Of a stretch of 64,000 bases of DNA, positions 11,576-24,100 are shown piece by piece. The notes beneath the pieces were generated by a model. The model did no database searches. It worked only from the letters and a program-made list of their open reading frames with translations, and was not told the origin of the DNA. The stretch is taken from NCBI RefSeq assembly GCF_039654945.1, contig NW_027361698.1, positions 58,342,001 through 58,406,000 on the forward strand. The letters run 5' to 3'. A program made the position numbers and the translations under genes. This stretch comes from Dendrobates tinctorius. Taxonomy: Eukaryota. How positions within the stretch are numbered: the stretch's first letter is position 1; each line of letters begins with the position of its first letter.

Positions 11576-12200
11576 TGCAAAAGGAGGGGTTCACTACTGT
11601 CATATCTCAATCTCCAGTGGAGTGCAATTCCAGGCCAGTAAGTAGATGAGCAAAAAAAAAAAAGGGAGAAAAAGACTAGGCTAATGATGGTATGCACATC
11701 CCAATAGACAATAAAAAAACTTTATTTCATATTGGATACAATAAGCTAAAAACATTTAAAATACAAAGAACCAATAACCCAGATACCCTTAAAAATAGTG
11801 GCTTCGTCAGGGGAAGTGAGCCTGGGCGTCTTTTGCACTAGGCAATTTCATTCTGTGGTTAGTTCCACATGCTTTAGGGCAGTTAGGATTTACATTTTTT
11901 CTTACATATGCTTGATATCAAGTCTGTTTTTCTGCCTTATCTTTGCTTGCAATGTACATGGCTGTATTGTTACATAGAATTGTATGATATGTGCCTGCTT
12001 ATGGGTGGCTATCAACAGTCCAATATGGGCCACATCTTAGGTTCATATTACCTGTTTTTTGGGGGTCTCTGGTTATTGTTTTTTTGTTTGTATTTTAAAT
12101 GTTTTTAGCTTATTGTATCCAATATGAAATAAAGGTTTTTTATTGTCTATTGGGATGTGCACACCATCATTACCCTAGTCTTTTTCTCCCTTTTTTTTTC
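11576..12200. mobile_element. Probable Penelope-like retroelement fragment with inverted terminal repeat arrangement
   Basis: ~150-bp inverted repeat (11652-11795 vs 12050-12199). Flanked by the 15-bp duplication CCAACCTTGATGAAG: the left copy is split by the CR1, the right copy is at 12201-12215. Confidence 0.55.
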
Positions 12201-14260
12201 CCAACCTTGATGAAGCTGAACGCTGAGGGTTGCAGCCCCTAGCTGTAAGCTTTGTCTGGTTGGTTCAAAAACTGAGGGGGACCCCACATCAGGTTTTCAT
12301 TCATTCTCTCCTGTTTGCTGTTGCTGGTAGAGCAGGAGAGCAGAATGTCAGCCGCATTCAGCACCAGCCACCGGGAACAGCACTTACTGTAGCGCTTCTT
12401 CCCGGCGGCCCTCCATGTGGTACTGATGCGGCTCACATGCAGCATACAGTTGCCACACAAGTGCAACATGGAGGTACCATGTGTCCACACGGAAAGACGG
12501 ACCCAGATGGCTTCCATACCGTGTTTACCGATACCGGAATTATCTGGACGTGTGAAACTGGCCGTACAATGTATGTCAATCCATAAACGGTCATAGCTGC
12601 AGGGCATTATAGGGAGGTCTGTGCAGTAATGCAAAATTATATTAGCATGCTTTCTGATGCTTCAGCAGTATGAAAAAAGGTTCAGGGCACTTTTTTTGTG
12701 AACCACAAATTGAAAATGTTTGAATTTGTGCAAAACCGTGGGTTTCAGGAAATTCAACCCAACGCAATTGCTCCTGGACTAATCTACATATCTATACACC
12801 AAAGGCCAGCCCTGCTTGTGAATGCAAGCTTATAGAGAATTTATATAGATTGACTGAAGTTACCTTACAGTTTAGGTAAGGACAAACTCAGTGGCCATAA
12901 TGTAGGTTTGTGATAAGTAATTAATTGATTTTGCAAGGATACAGTTGCTTCATTTGCAAATCCAGGCAGCCAATTGGAAGGGTCATGTGTCTGCGCTCCT
13001 GCTTGTCCATTTAGCTTTACGCTTATGGTTCTAAAAAATGTTTTTACCACTTTGTTAATAAGATGTCTATTTTATGACATTTTGTCTTTTTTAAGGAATG
13101 CTGAAATAGCAAGGTCAAATGTTACCATGTGCTTCCTTCTTAAAAAAAAAAAAGTTCCATCCTTTACAATTACAAAGTACAATATTATAACTTGTGCCTT
13201 AAGAGCAATGTATATTATAGCAGATTGTAATTAAATCTTGTAACACTACAATTAATGTTTAAATATACATCTTCCAGCAGGTGCATGTTAAACTATGTTT
13301 TTGCTATTTGCAAGTCAATACCTCAACGAGAATCACTATGAATTTGCATTGCAAATATGTTAAATACAATTTAACCTACTTAAAATGCTTTCCATAATAT
13401 CTGACTTTCATAATGAGAACAGTCGGAGCCGGAGTTGGCTTTGTGCCAGTAAGAGAGAATGTGTTTTGCTGTCATTACCTGCCCCCTGGACACTATACAA
13501 CTGCTGGATCAGGATTTAATCAAGTAGTTGGGCAAGGTGAATAAAACTAGATAGTTTTCTTTTGAGTTCTCCTTCTAATTCTCATTTGTTGCTCTAGTGC
13601 TTGATCTGTCTTTTCAATTACTGTAGGTGCCATTTTGCTTCGAGGCTCCCTGTAACTAGCACACATCAGCAAGGTTAAAATGCCCGATAGAAGCCAAGAA
13701 AGCTTCGAATAATATGTGTCGTGTTTGGTAGCTACCCAGATACGAGTGAATAATTGATTATAACAAAGAAACATAAGAAATAGATGCCCTCAAGAGCTAT
13801 TAACAAACTTGAAAAACTTTGAATAATAGAGCAAAGGGATTTTAAAAGATCTGTTCCACATAAAGACAATTCCTTTTGTTTTGAAGATGGTAATGTATTA
13901 TTTATTCTGTGTAACTTTCATGTATGCATGTATTTATGTAAAGGGGTACTGTTCATAGCCCAGAATCTTGCCTTATGGGGACGCTTTCCTCCTGAAGATT
14001 GATAGTTGAGACAAGAGGCATGATCCAATGTGAACCCTCTCTCAGGCTGTAAGCAGTGGAAGCTTTGACTATGCAACATATGATAAGCACATGGGCACTG
14101 AAGTTGGTTGGATCCAGTGATCCGTCCAGCTTCAGAATGACATGAGCAGCTCTGAAGCATAGAGTGTGCTGACTTCTGAGGCTTGCTAAATAAGCAGCAG
14201 AGAAACTAGTGGTACTTAAAAACATGTGTTGAAAGAAGTTCAAGGACTGTAAGTACTTAA

Positions 14261-14358
14261 AGAGGACCTGTTACCAGGTCAAAGTTGGTCAGTTTTGTTC
14301 ATTTTTTATTCCCACTGCTCCCATGAATATTCTGTTTGCTTGTTGATGCTTTTTTCTT

Positions 14359-14394
<36 letters not shown>

Positions 14395-14610
14395 ACTTAA
14401 CATTATTTAGTGCAAATGGTATGGTCCAAACCAAGGGAGAATCCTGTGAGCCACATCCCCTAATAAAGACCACAAAAATTAGCAGTAACTGCAACGGCCT
14501 ATTTCTCTGGAACTGTATCACAGATTTAAAAACAAAGAAACAAAAAAAGTATAGCAGGAATTAAATAAAAGCAAAAACTGGACACTATAGTCATGGTGAC
14601 AGGTTCTTGT
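14261..14610. mobile_element. Degraded Kolobok/T2-type MITE
   Basis: TTAA|AGAGGACCTGTTACCA ... TGGTGACAGGTTCTTGT termini. Confidence 0.55.
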
Positions 14611-14985
14611 AAAGCACCAACTATTTTTTATTTTACCACTGGAGTGGTGCCAGTAATGTGAGTTCCGCAAACAGATTTGGTGGTGTATTTGGCATACTAC
14701 TGTCCCCACTGTGCACTTTCCAGGTCATCCCCACAGTTCCATCACTCTCATTCCTTTCTTTTGAGGTCCACACCATCAGGCTCTTCTATCCCCTCTCCCT
14801 CAGAGTAGCTGTCTTATATTATCCCCCAGGCTCACCCACTCAGTTCCTTAAACATTTTTCTGCATTGCTACCGCACTTCATGTCCTCTGAATTACCAACC
14901 TTTATCCTGGGAGATGCCAACATCCCCACAAACAGTCACACCTTCCCATCTGCATCCCAGCTTCTATCTCTAACCACCACTCTTA

Positions 14986-15187
14986 GGCCACATGCACATA
15001 TCCAGTATTTGGTGAGTTTTTTACCCCAGTATTTGTAAGCCAAAACCAGGAGTAGAACGGTCAGAGGAAAAACATAATAATAGAAACATTTGTACCACTT
15101 TTGTATCATTTTTTACCCACTCCTGGTTTTGGCTTACAAATACTTGGGTAAAAAAACTCACAAAATACTGGATGTGTGCATGTGGCC
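14986..15187. mobile_element. Harbinger (Tourist-like) MITE, 202 bp
   Basis: TIR GGCCACATGCACA, fold-back structure, perfect TTA/TTA TSD. Confidence 0.88.
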
Positions 15188-15875
15188 TTAGCCTTTCATA
15201 GCTCTCAAACTCTGAGACATGCAAAGACGGTAACACCCTAGATCTAGTCTTTGCCAGATTCTGTTCAATCTTCTACCTAGATAACTCACTTCTTCTCATT
15301 TCTGACCACAACGTTCTCTACTTCATGCTCACAAATCCTCACTCACCCCAGTACATTCCTATCTATCACACTTTCAGAAATCTACAAGTCATTATCCCTC
15401 ACACACTTACAGACTCCCTACACTCATCACTGTCCCCAATCTCCTCTTTTTCCTGTCCTGATCTGGATGTAAATCACAACAATTGCACACTCAGAAGCAC
15501 CCTGGACCAAGTAGCGCCCTTAGCACTTAGGCTACTTTCACACATCAGGTTTTCGGCGTCAGGCGCGATCCGGCGTCGTGCCGGAACGCCGGATCCGGCA
15601 AATGTTTCGTAAAACCGGATGTGACGGATCCGGTTTTCTGCCGGATCCGTCTTTTTCTTGACAGACAAAACCGGATCCGTCTCATCCGGTTCATCCGTTT
15701 TTCTATCCGTTTTTCGACGGATTACGCCGGATCCGGTTTTTAAAATTGACCCTTGTGGCCTTCCGAACGGGATTGGCTACTGGAAAACTATATATAGCAT
15801 GTTCCTACAGCCCTTCTTTGACAGGTTGTAGAGGAGAAAGTGCAGGTTGGAGGGAAGAGCAAGTTACTGGCGAAG

Positions 15876-17482
15876 ATGGATGTTGTCATTGGAAATATTT
15901 TGAAGAATTTGGCGGATTTTACAGCGGAGGCAAATCGTTTGAGGGTGATTGTTCTGGAGAAGGAGAGAGAGAGACAGCAGCGCATCAGGCATCGTAGACG
16001 ACGTTTGTGGATCCACCCCATCACAGCCAAGAGAATGACGCGTGGGGTCTATTCTACACTCTGCATGGACCTTCGACGAAACCCGGATAAATTTTTTGGA
16101 TATGGCCTGTTTCACACTTCCGTTTTTGTGTCCGCCAAACGGATCCGTTTCCGTTTTTTTGACGGAAACTGATGCAAACGGATCCGTTTTTTTGACGGAT
16201 CCGCGGTAACCGTAATGGAAGTCTATGGGACAAAAAAAAACGGATCCTGCAAAAAATGGCGGATCCGTTTTTTTACGGAAAACAACGGATTTTGACGGAT
16301 TTGAAAAAACGGAAGTGTGAAACAGGCCTTAGGATGAAAATGGAGAATTTTGATTACTTGGTGGAGCGCATTGCACACCTCATAAGAAAAGCGGACACCT
16401 ATTGCCGCTTCTCTGTTTCACCCGCAGAGCGTCTGATGGTGACTTTAAGGTAAGCCACATTTATTGGATATGATCGCATCAGAGCACACTTTCACTGCAA
16501 TCTTGTTGGTGGTAGTTTGTATCTCCAAGTGTTATAGGTCAGTTTTGGTATGTAATGCTGTGATTTAAAACTAATTTATTGTTTTTTAATTCCCCACAGA
16601 TTTCTTGCAACTGGAGAATCCCTTTCGCCACTGCATTTCCAGTACAGACTCGGGATTTCCACCATATCTGGAATTGTGAAGTACACATGCCGTGCACTGT
16701 GGGACTCCTTAGCTGAAGAGTTTTTACCAGAGCCCACAACAGAGAGGTGGATTGAAATTGCTGACAAGTTTCAACAGATATGTCAGTTTCCAAACTGCTT
16801 GGGCGCTGTGGACGGGAAACATATCCGCATTGTAAAGCCAGCTGGATCGGGATCGGAATATTTCAATTACAAGAAATATTTTTCAATTGTCCTCATGGCC
16901 ATCGCTGACGCGGAATACAAATTTATTGCGGTTGATATTGGGGCCTATGGCCGCTCCAATGACTCTCAAGTTTTCAAACTGTCTGCCATGGGGCGTAAAC
17001 TGTATGGAAACACCTTCCAGTTCCCACCACCTAGACCGCTGCCGCAAACATCTGGTCCACCTATGCCATTTGTCTGTGTAGGGGATGAAGCCTTCCAGCT
17101 GTCAGAACACCTTTTGAAACCGTACTCTAGCAGAGGATTGACAAGACCAAAACGCATTTTTAATTACCGCCTCACAAGAGCAAGAAGAATGGTTGAATGT
17201 ACCTTTGGTATTCTGACAGCCAAATGGCGGGTCCTATTGACTGCGATCAACCTCAAGACAGAAACTGTGGACGAGGTGATCAAAGCGTGCGTGGTACTCC
17301 ACAATTTTGTTATCTGCAAGGAACCCATTTCCATTGAGGACACCTCTGAAGAAACCACCTTGCAAGATTACCATGACATTACCACTAGAAGTTCTGTGAC
17401 GGTTTCAGTAATGAGGGACAATTTTGCACTATACTTTATGTCACCTCAAGGCAGAGTACACTGGCAGGATGACAGAGTGTGA
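15876..17482 (+). pseudogene. Harbinger transposase interrupted in exon 1 by a MITE (premature stop at 16170-16172)
   Basis: Exon 2 (16600-17482) is intact. Exon 1 reads ...DKFFGY, runs into the MITE and resumes in another frame. Confidence 0.9.
16104..16328. mobile_element. 225-bp Harbinger MITE inserted in the copy 2 transposase
   Basis: TIR GGCCTGTTTCACACTTCCGTTTTT and internal ACGGATCCGT motifs. It is absent at the paralogous site in copy 1 (2074-2088, GGATATGTTAGGATG). Confidence 0.92.
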
Positions 17483-17981
17483 AAGATTTGTGCCCAACCA
17501 AACTTGTGTACCTTCTGTACCAACAGTATATACCTTTGCCAACCAAAGTTGGCTATCTTGTCATGGTCTCTATTTTTAGCTTTAGGCCACAGGTGTGTAC
17601 CTGGTTGTGTTTTATGCAAAGTATTTCACCTTTTAACAAAAGTTGTGTACATTGTTAGGAAATCACCAACAATAAACACAACTTTTCAGGTGAAATACTT
17701 TGCTTCAAACACAACCAGGAACACAACTGTGGCAAAAAGCTAAAATTTACCCACAGTTATATACCTAGTTTTGAATACCATTTCACCTTTTAAATACCCT
17801 GTATTTAACCTTTTTCGCCGCAGAAAGAAATGACAGACAACCAGTGTAAAATAATTTAACTTTTATTGAAAAATGTTTTTTTTAGTAAACTTTTTTAAAA
17901 TTTTAATAAACTTGTTTAATAAAACTTTGAAACTATAAAACTGAAACCATAAAACTGGTCATTTTTATTTAAATACACACA

Positions 17982-20761
17982 TTATAAATCTGTGTAGTGT
18001 GTGGTGGAAATACTGCTGGAGGGGCTGCGGGACACTTCGACACTGGGAGTGTGGAGAGAGGACTGGGATCGTGGTGGGGAAGGAACAGTTAGAGGTGAAG
18101 GTGTGGAAAAAACTACAGAATGGGTGGACATGTGGGAAGCAGAAGAGGTGGTGGGTGGTGGAGTGGAGGGTTGGGCAGGGACTGTAGGAGCAGATGATGT
18201 TGATGGCAAGTTGTATGGGGAAGGAGTTTGGTACGGGGCAGGTTGCAGGAAGTGGGGAGATGTCTGGTACGGGGCAGGTTGCTGGAAGTGGGGAGATGTC
18301 TGGTACGGGGCAGGTTGCTGGAAGTGGGGAGATGTCTGGTACTGGGGAGGTTGCTGGTACTGTGGAGTTTGCAGGTACTGTGGAGGTTGCTGGTACTGGG
18401 GAGGTTGCTGGTGCTGGGGAGGTGGATGGTGCTGGGGAGGTGGATGGTGCTGGGGAGGTGGATGGTGCTGGGGAGGTGGATGGTGCTGGGGAGGTGGATG
18501 GTATGTAATAGGAGGGGGAGGATGGAAAGTGGCTGGAGGTGGATGGTATGTAATAGGAGGGGGAGGATGGAAAGTGGCTGGAGGGGGTGTAGATGTAATA
18601 GGAGGGGGAGGATGGAAAGTGGCTGGAGGGGGTGTAGATGTAATAGGAGGGGGAGGATGGAAAGTGGCTGGAGGGGGTGCAGGTGGAGGAACTACTGTGG
18701 TGGGAGGAGGAGGTTGGGAGGTAACTTGCTGGAGAGCAGCGTGGCATGAATGCATTACATGCATCTGCTGGGCAGGAGAGAGCGTTTCCATGCGCTCCAC
18801 AACAGACCTGAAAAAGGTGTGGTTTGGCGAAGATCTTGCTTCTGAATGCATGGTTTGCAGAAGTGTCTTCACCTCCAGAATGCTGGAGTTGATCTGCTGA
18901 TAGCCTGCGGAGATTTGCTCTGACAAGACTTTTAGACAGTTCTGGAAAGATGCATTCAGATGCAAGAACTCTGGCGCATAAGTCTTTTCCTGACCCCTCT
19001 GCCGCTGCCGCCCAGTACCCGCAGGTGTACTAGAGGTGGCAGGGGCAGAAGGGTGGGGTAAAGGGAAAGCGATCTCCTCACCAGCAGCTTCATGTAATGT
19101 AGGCGGCCACGATGCTCCTGTGCTGGTGGATGGGACAGATGGGTCGAATGTGTGGGAAGGCTGGGAAGGTGCAGATGTACCGGGGCGGTCGAAGTGTCCC
19201 TCGGTGCCGGTCTCCTCAGGGATCGCCTCAGAAGGGTCCAATCGTGCAGGCTCCCGAGTGCTGCTCACCGTGCTGTGGAATAAAGAGAAAAAAAAACAAT
19301 TAAAATACTGACATGGTATGGCCCTGGCTGAAAAAAAAATTTACATCTAACATTTTTTTTCACATGTGGTGTGTAATATTTACCTTCTGGTGACCATTGT
19401 TTCCCGGAGGAACGACAGGGCTTCTGCGTACTTGTACTTGCTCCTGCGTCCTCCAGATCCACTCGGGGCCCGCATCTCTTTATTGAACTCCTTCTTGAAA
19501 CGATCCCTCACAGACCGCCACCGATTCACAATTCTGTTCCCTGAAACGAGAAAGGAGTGGTTAGTATACAACATCAGTGTTTCCCAAACTCCAGTCCTCA
19601 TGGTCCCCAGGGGTCATGTTTTCAGGATTTCCATAGTAAATAGAAATCCTGAACACATGATCCGTGGGGACCACGAGGACTGGAGTTCGGGAAACACTGG
19701 TTTACATCAAGCAACCGGTACTGTATATACTTACGCTCTGTAATCTGGGCCCGAACATCGAGGTCCTCCCAGCGGCCCACAAGGAGCGAACAGATTTCCT
19801 CCCAGAGTCGTCGGGTAACGATAAGGTCAGCGTGGCGGCGGTCAGCCATATTCCAGAGCGGCTCCCTTTCTCTGACGAGATCGATGAGGTGGTCCACATC
19901 GAGTTCTCCATCCTCACCGTCAGAGTCGGGAGCACGCTGTGAAGGCTGTTAAAGAAAAAGACAAAAATAACATAATTAGCCTCCACATAAGAAATGAAAT
20001 AAAAAGTGCAAAAAAACAAAGCAAAAATATTTATACTTACACGCTGGTGACCGCCGCGTTGCTGTCGCCGACGACCCTGGGAGGCACTGCGAGGACCTCT
20101 TGGCCGAGCACCAGATTGGGAAGACTAGAGAAGAAAACAAAAAATGTTATGTCTTTGGATGTAGGCATTTGTTTGCTGTGTGTGGTCTGCAGAACATTGT
20201 TTTCTATGTGTTGTGTGTAGTGTGATGTTGTGTTTCTGCGTTTGATGCAAAAAACTTACCAATTGTGAGCCCACTCCAGGTGTCTGTCCACCCCTTCCTT
20301 CTTCTTCTGGGAGCTCCTCTTCATCTTGTGATTCCTGTTTTGAAATAAAAGGCAATGAATAGACATATATTACAGAGAAGATGGATTTTGGAAATAAAAA
20401 CTTACCGTCAAACGCTGACGATGCGAGGGAGGGCTCCCAGAAGATGATGTGCTGTCTTCCTGGTGGCCACACTCCATGCCTGTGGGTGGTGTTCCAGCTG
20501 CTGCCATTGCTGCTGCTGCTGCTGCATCTATTGGGTGGCTGTTGAATAAAGAGAAACAAAGGGCCAATGAATATCTTGATATTCAATAGCCCTAGTTTGG
20601 AGGAATGGGTGATTTGATAATTACCGTCTCTCATCTGCTGCTGGCCTCCCCTCCTCAGCATGTTCTATTTGCTGCTCCATTTGGGGTGGTGGTGGTGCTG
20701 ATGGTGCTGCAGTGGTCTCCTGCCTTCTCCTGCTTTGCTTGGTTGCTTTCTTGGGTGGCAT
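17982..20761 (-). CDS. MADF/BESS-like accessory gene of copy 2, same 7-exon structure, about 695 aa, apparently intact
   Basis: Splice sites and exon frames are conserved with copy 1. Last exon 19272-17982 is open. Confidence 0.85.
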
Positions 20762-21173
20762 GTTGGGTGTGGCTGTGGGTCCCACTGTCTTGCTTTTATA
20801 TATGTCTTGTGGGCAGAGCTACTGAGCATGCTCAGACCAAAAAACCGGATCCGGCGCATTGCGGCGCTCATAGGCTTTCATTGTGTGAAAAAGCCGGACG
20901 CGCCGGATCCGGCGTGTCCGGCTTTTTCGCAGGAGACAAAAAACGTTACAATAGCCGTTTTTTCCAGACGCCGGATCGCGACACATTGCCGGATCCGGCG
21001 AAAACCGGATGAAACGCATGGCCATCCGGCGCGATCCGGCGCAAATGCAAGTCAATGGGGGGGAAACCGGATCCGGCATTGCATTTCGCCGGATCCGGTT
21101 TCTGTCAAAAGCGCCGGATCGCGCCTGACGCCGAAAACCTGATGTGTGAAAGAGGCCTCCAAACACAGAGTTA

Positions 21174-24100
21174 GGCTACTTTCACACATCAGGTTTTCGG
21201 CGTCAGGCGCGATCCGGGGTCGTGCCGGAATGCCGGATCCGGCAAATATTTTGTAAAACCTGATGTGCTGGATCCGGTTTTCTGCCGGATCCGTCTTGTT
21301 CTTGACAGACAAAACCGGATCCGTCTCATCCGGTTCATCCGTTTTTCTATCCGTTTTTCGACGGATTACGCCGGATCCGGTTTTTAAAATTGACCCTTGT
21401 GGCCTTCCGAACGGGATTGGCTACTGGAAAACTATATATAGCATGTTCCTACAGCCCTTCTTTGACAGGTTGTAGAGAAGAAAGTGCAGGTTGGAGAGAA
21501 GAGCAAGTTACTGGCGAAGATGGATGTTGTCATTGGAAATATTACCACTAGAAGTTCTGTGACGGTTTCAGGGACAATTTTCCACTATACTTTATGTCAC
21601 CTCAAGGCAGAGTACACTGGGATGACAGAGTGTGAAAGATTTGTGCCCTAACCAAACTTGTGTACCTTCTGGACCAACAGTATATACCTTTGCCAACCAA
21701 AGTTGGCTATCTTGTCATGGTCTTACTATTTTTACCTTTAGGCCACAGGTGTGTACCTGGTTGTGTTTTATGCAAAGTATTTCACCTTTTAACAAAAGTT
21801 GTGTACATTGGTAGGAAATCACCAACAATAAACACAACTTTTCAGGTGAAATACTTTGCTTCAAACACAACCAGGAACACAACTGTGGCAAAAAGCTAAA
21901 ATTTACCCACAGTTATATACCTGGTTTTGAATACCTTTTTACCTTTGAAATACCCTGTATTTAACCTTTTTTTTAAACATAGTTCGCCGCAGAAAGAAAT
22001 GACAGACAACCATTGTGAAACGATAATTTAACTTTTATTTAAAATTTTTTTTTTTTTGTAAAATGTTTTTAAAGTGCAAAAAACTTTTTTAATAAAGGTT
22101 TTAAACCCAATGGGCATTTTTATTACAAAAAACACACATTACAAATCTGTGTACTGTGGGGTGGAAATACTGCTGGAGGGGCTGCGGGACACTTCGACAC
22201 TGGGTGTGTGGAGAGAGGACTGGGATCGTGGTGGGGAAGGAACAGTTAGAGGTGAAGGTGTGGAAAAAGCTACAGAATGGGTGGACATGTGGGAGGCAGA
22301 AGAGGTGGTGGGCGGTGGAGTGGAGGGTTGGGCAGGGACTGTAGGAGCAGATGATGTTGATGGCAAGTTGTATGGGGAAGGAGTTTGGTACGGGGCAGGT
22401 TGCTGGAAGTGGGGAGATGTCTGGTACGGGGCAGGTTGCTGGAAGTGGGGAGATGTCTGGTACGGGGCAGGTTGCTGGAAGTGGGGAGATGTCTGGTACG
22501 GGGCAGGTTGCTGGAAGTGGGGAGATGTCTGGTACTGGGGAGGTTGCTGGTACTGTGGAGTTTGCAGGTACTGTGGAGGTTGCTGGTATTGGGGAGGTTG
22601 ATGGAAAGTTGTATGGGGAAGGAGTTTGGTACGGGGAAGGAGTTTGGTACGGGGAAGGAGTTTGGTACTGGGCAGGTTGCTGGAAGTGGGGAGATGTCTG
22701 GTACTGGGGAGGTTGCTGGTACTGGTGAGGTTGCTGGTATGTAATAGAAGGGGGAGGATGGAAAGTGGCTGGAGGGGGTGCAGATGTAATAGGAGGGGGA
22801 GGATGGAAAGTGGCTGGAGGGGGTGCAGATGTAATAGGAGGGGGAGGATGGAAAGTGGCTGGAGGGGGTGCAGGTGGAGGAACTACAGTGGTGGGAGGTG
22901 GAGGTTGGGAGGTAACCTGCTGTAGAGCACCGTGGCACGAATGCATTACATGCATCTGCTGGGTAGGAGATAGTGTTGCCATGCGCTCCACAACAGACCT
23001 GAAAAAGGTGTGGTTTGGCGAAGATCTTGCTTCTGAATGCATGGTTTGCAGAAGTGTCTTCACCTCCAGAATGCTGGAGTTGATCTGCTGAAAGCCTGCG
23101 GAGATTTGCTCTGACAAGACTTTTAGACAGTTCTGGAAAGATGCATTCAGATGCAAGAACTCTTGCGCATAACTCTTTTCCTGACCCCTCTGCCGCTGCC
23201 GCCCAGTACCCGCAGGTGTACTAGAGGTGGCAGGGGCAGAAGGGTGGGGTAAAGGGAAAGCGATCTCCTCACCAGCAGCTTCATGTAATGTAGGCGGCCA
23301 CGATGCTCCTGTGCTGGTGGATGGGACAGATGGGTCGAATGTGTGGGAAGGCTGGGAAGGTGCAGATGTACCGGGGCGGTCGAAGTGTCCCTCGGTGCTG
23401 GTCTCCTCAGGGATCGCCTCAGAAGGGTCCAATCGTGCAGGCTCCCGAGTGCTGCTCACCGTGCTGTGGAATAAAGAGAAAAAAAAACAATTAAAATACT
23501 GACATGGTATGGCCCTGGCTGAAAAAAAAAAGTTACATCTAACATTTTTTTCACATGTGGTGTGTAATATTTACCTTCTGGTGAGCATTGTTTCCCGGAG
23601 GAACGACAGTGCTTGTGCGTACTTGTACTTGCTCCTGCGTCCTCCAGATCCACTCGGGGCCCGCATCTGTCCACCCATTCCTTCTTCTTCTGGGAGCTCC
23701 TCTTCAACTTGTGATTCCTGTTTTGAAATAAAAGGCAATGAATAGACATATATTACAGAGATGATGGATTTTGGAAATAAAAACTTACCGTCAAACGCTG
23801 ACGATGCGAGGGAGGGCTCCCAGAAGAAGATGTGCTGTCCTGTTGATGGCCAGACTCCATGGCTGTGGGTATTGCTGCTGTTGCTGCTGCCAGTGATGCC
23901 ATTTCTGCTGCTGCTGCTGCATCTCTTTGGCGGCTGTTGAATAAAGAGAAACAAAGGGCCAATGAATATCTTGATATTCCATGGCCCTAGTTTGGAGGAA
24001 TGGGGGATTTGATAATTACCGTCTCTCATCTGCTGCTGGACTCCCCTCCTCAGCATGTTCCATTTGCTGTTCCATTTGGGGTGGTGCTGATGGTGCTGCT

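Larger units (their letters stand above)
15530..21157 (+). mobile_element. PIF/Harbinger copy 2 (full length, transposase disrupted)
   Basis: Same TIRs as copy 1 and a near-identical body. Left flank TTA, right flank TCC. Confidence 0.95.
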
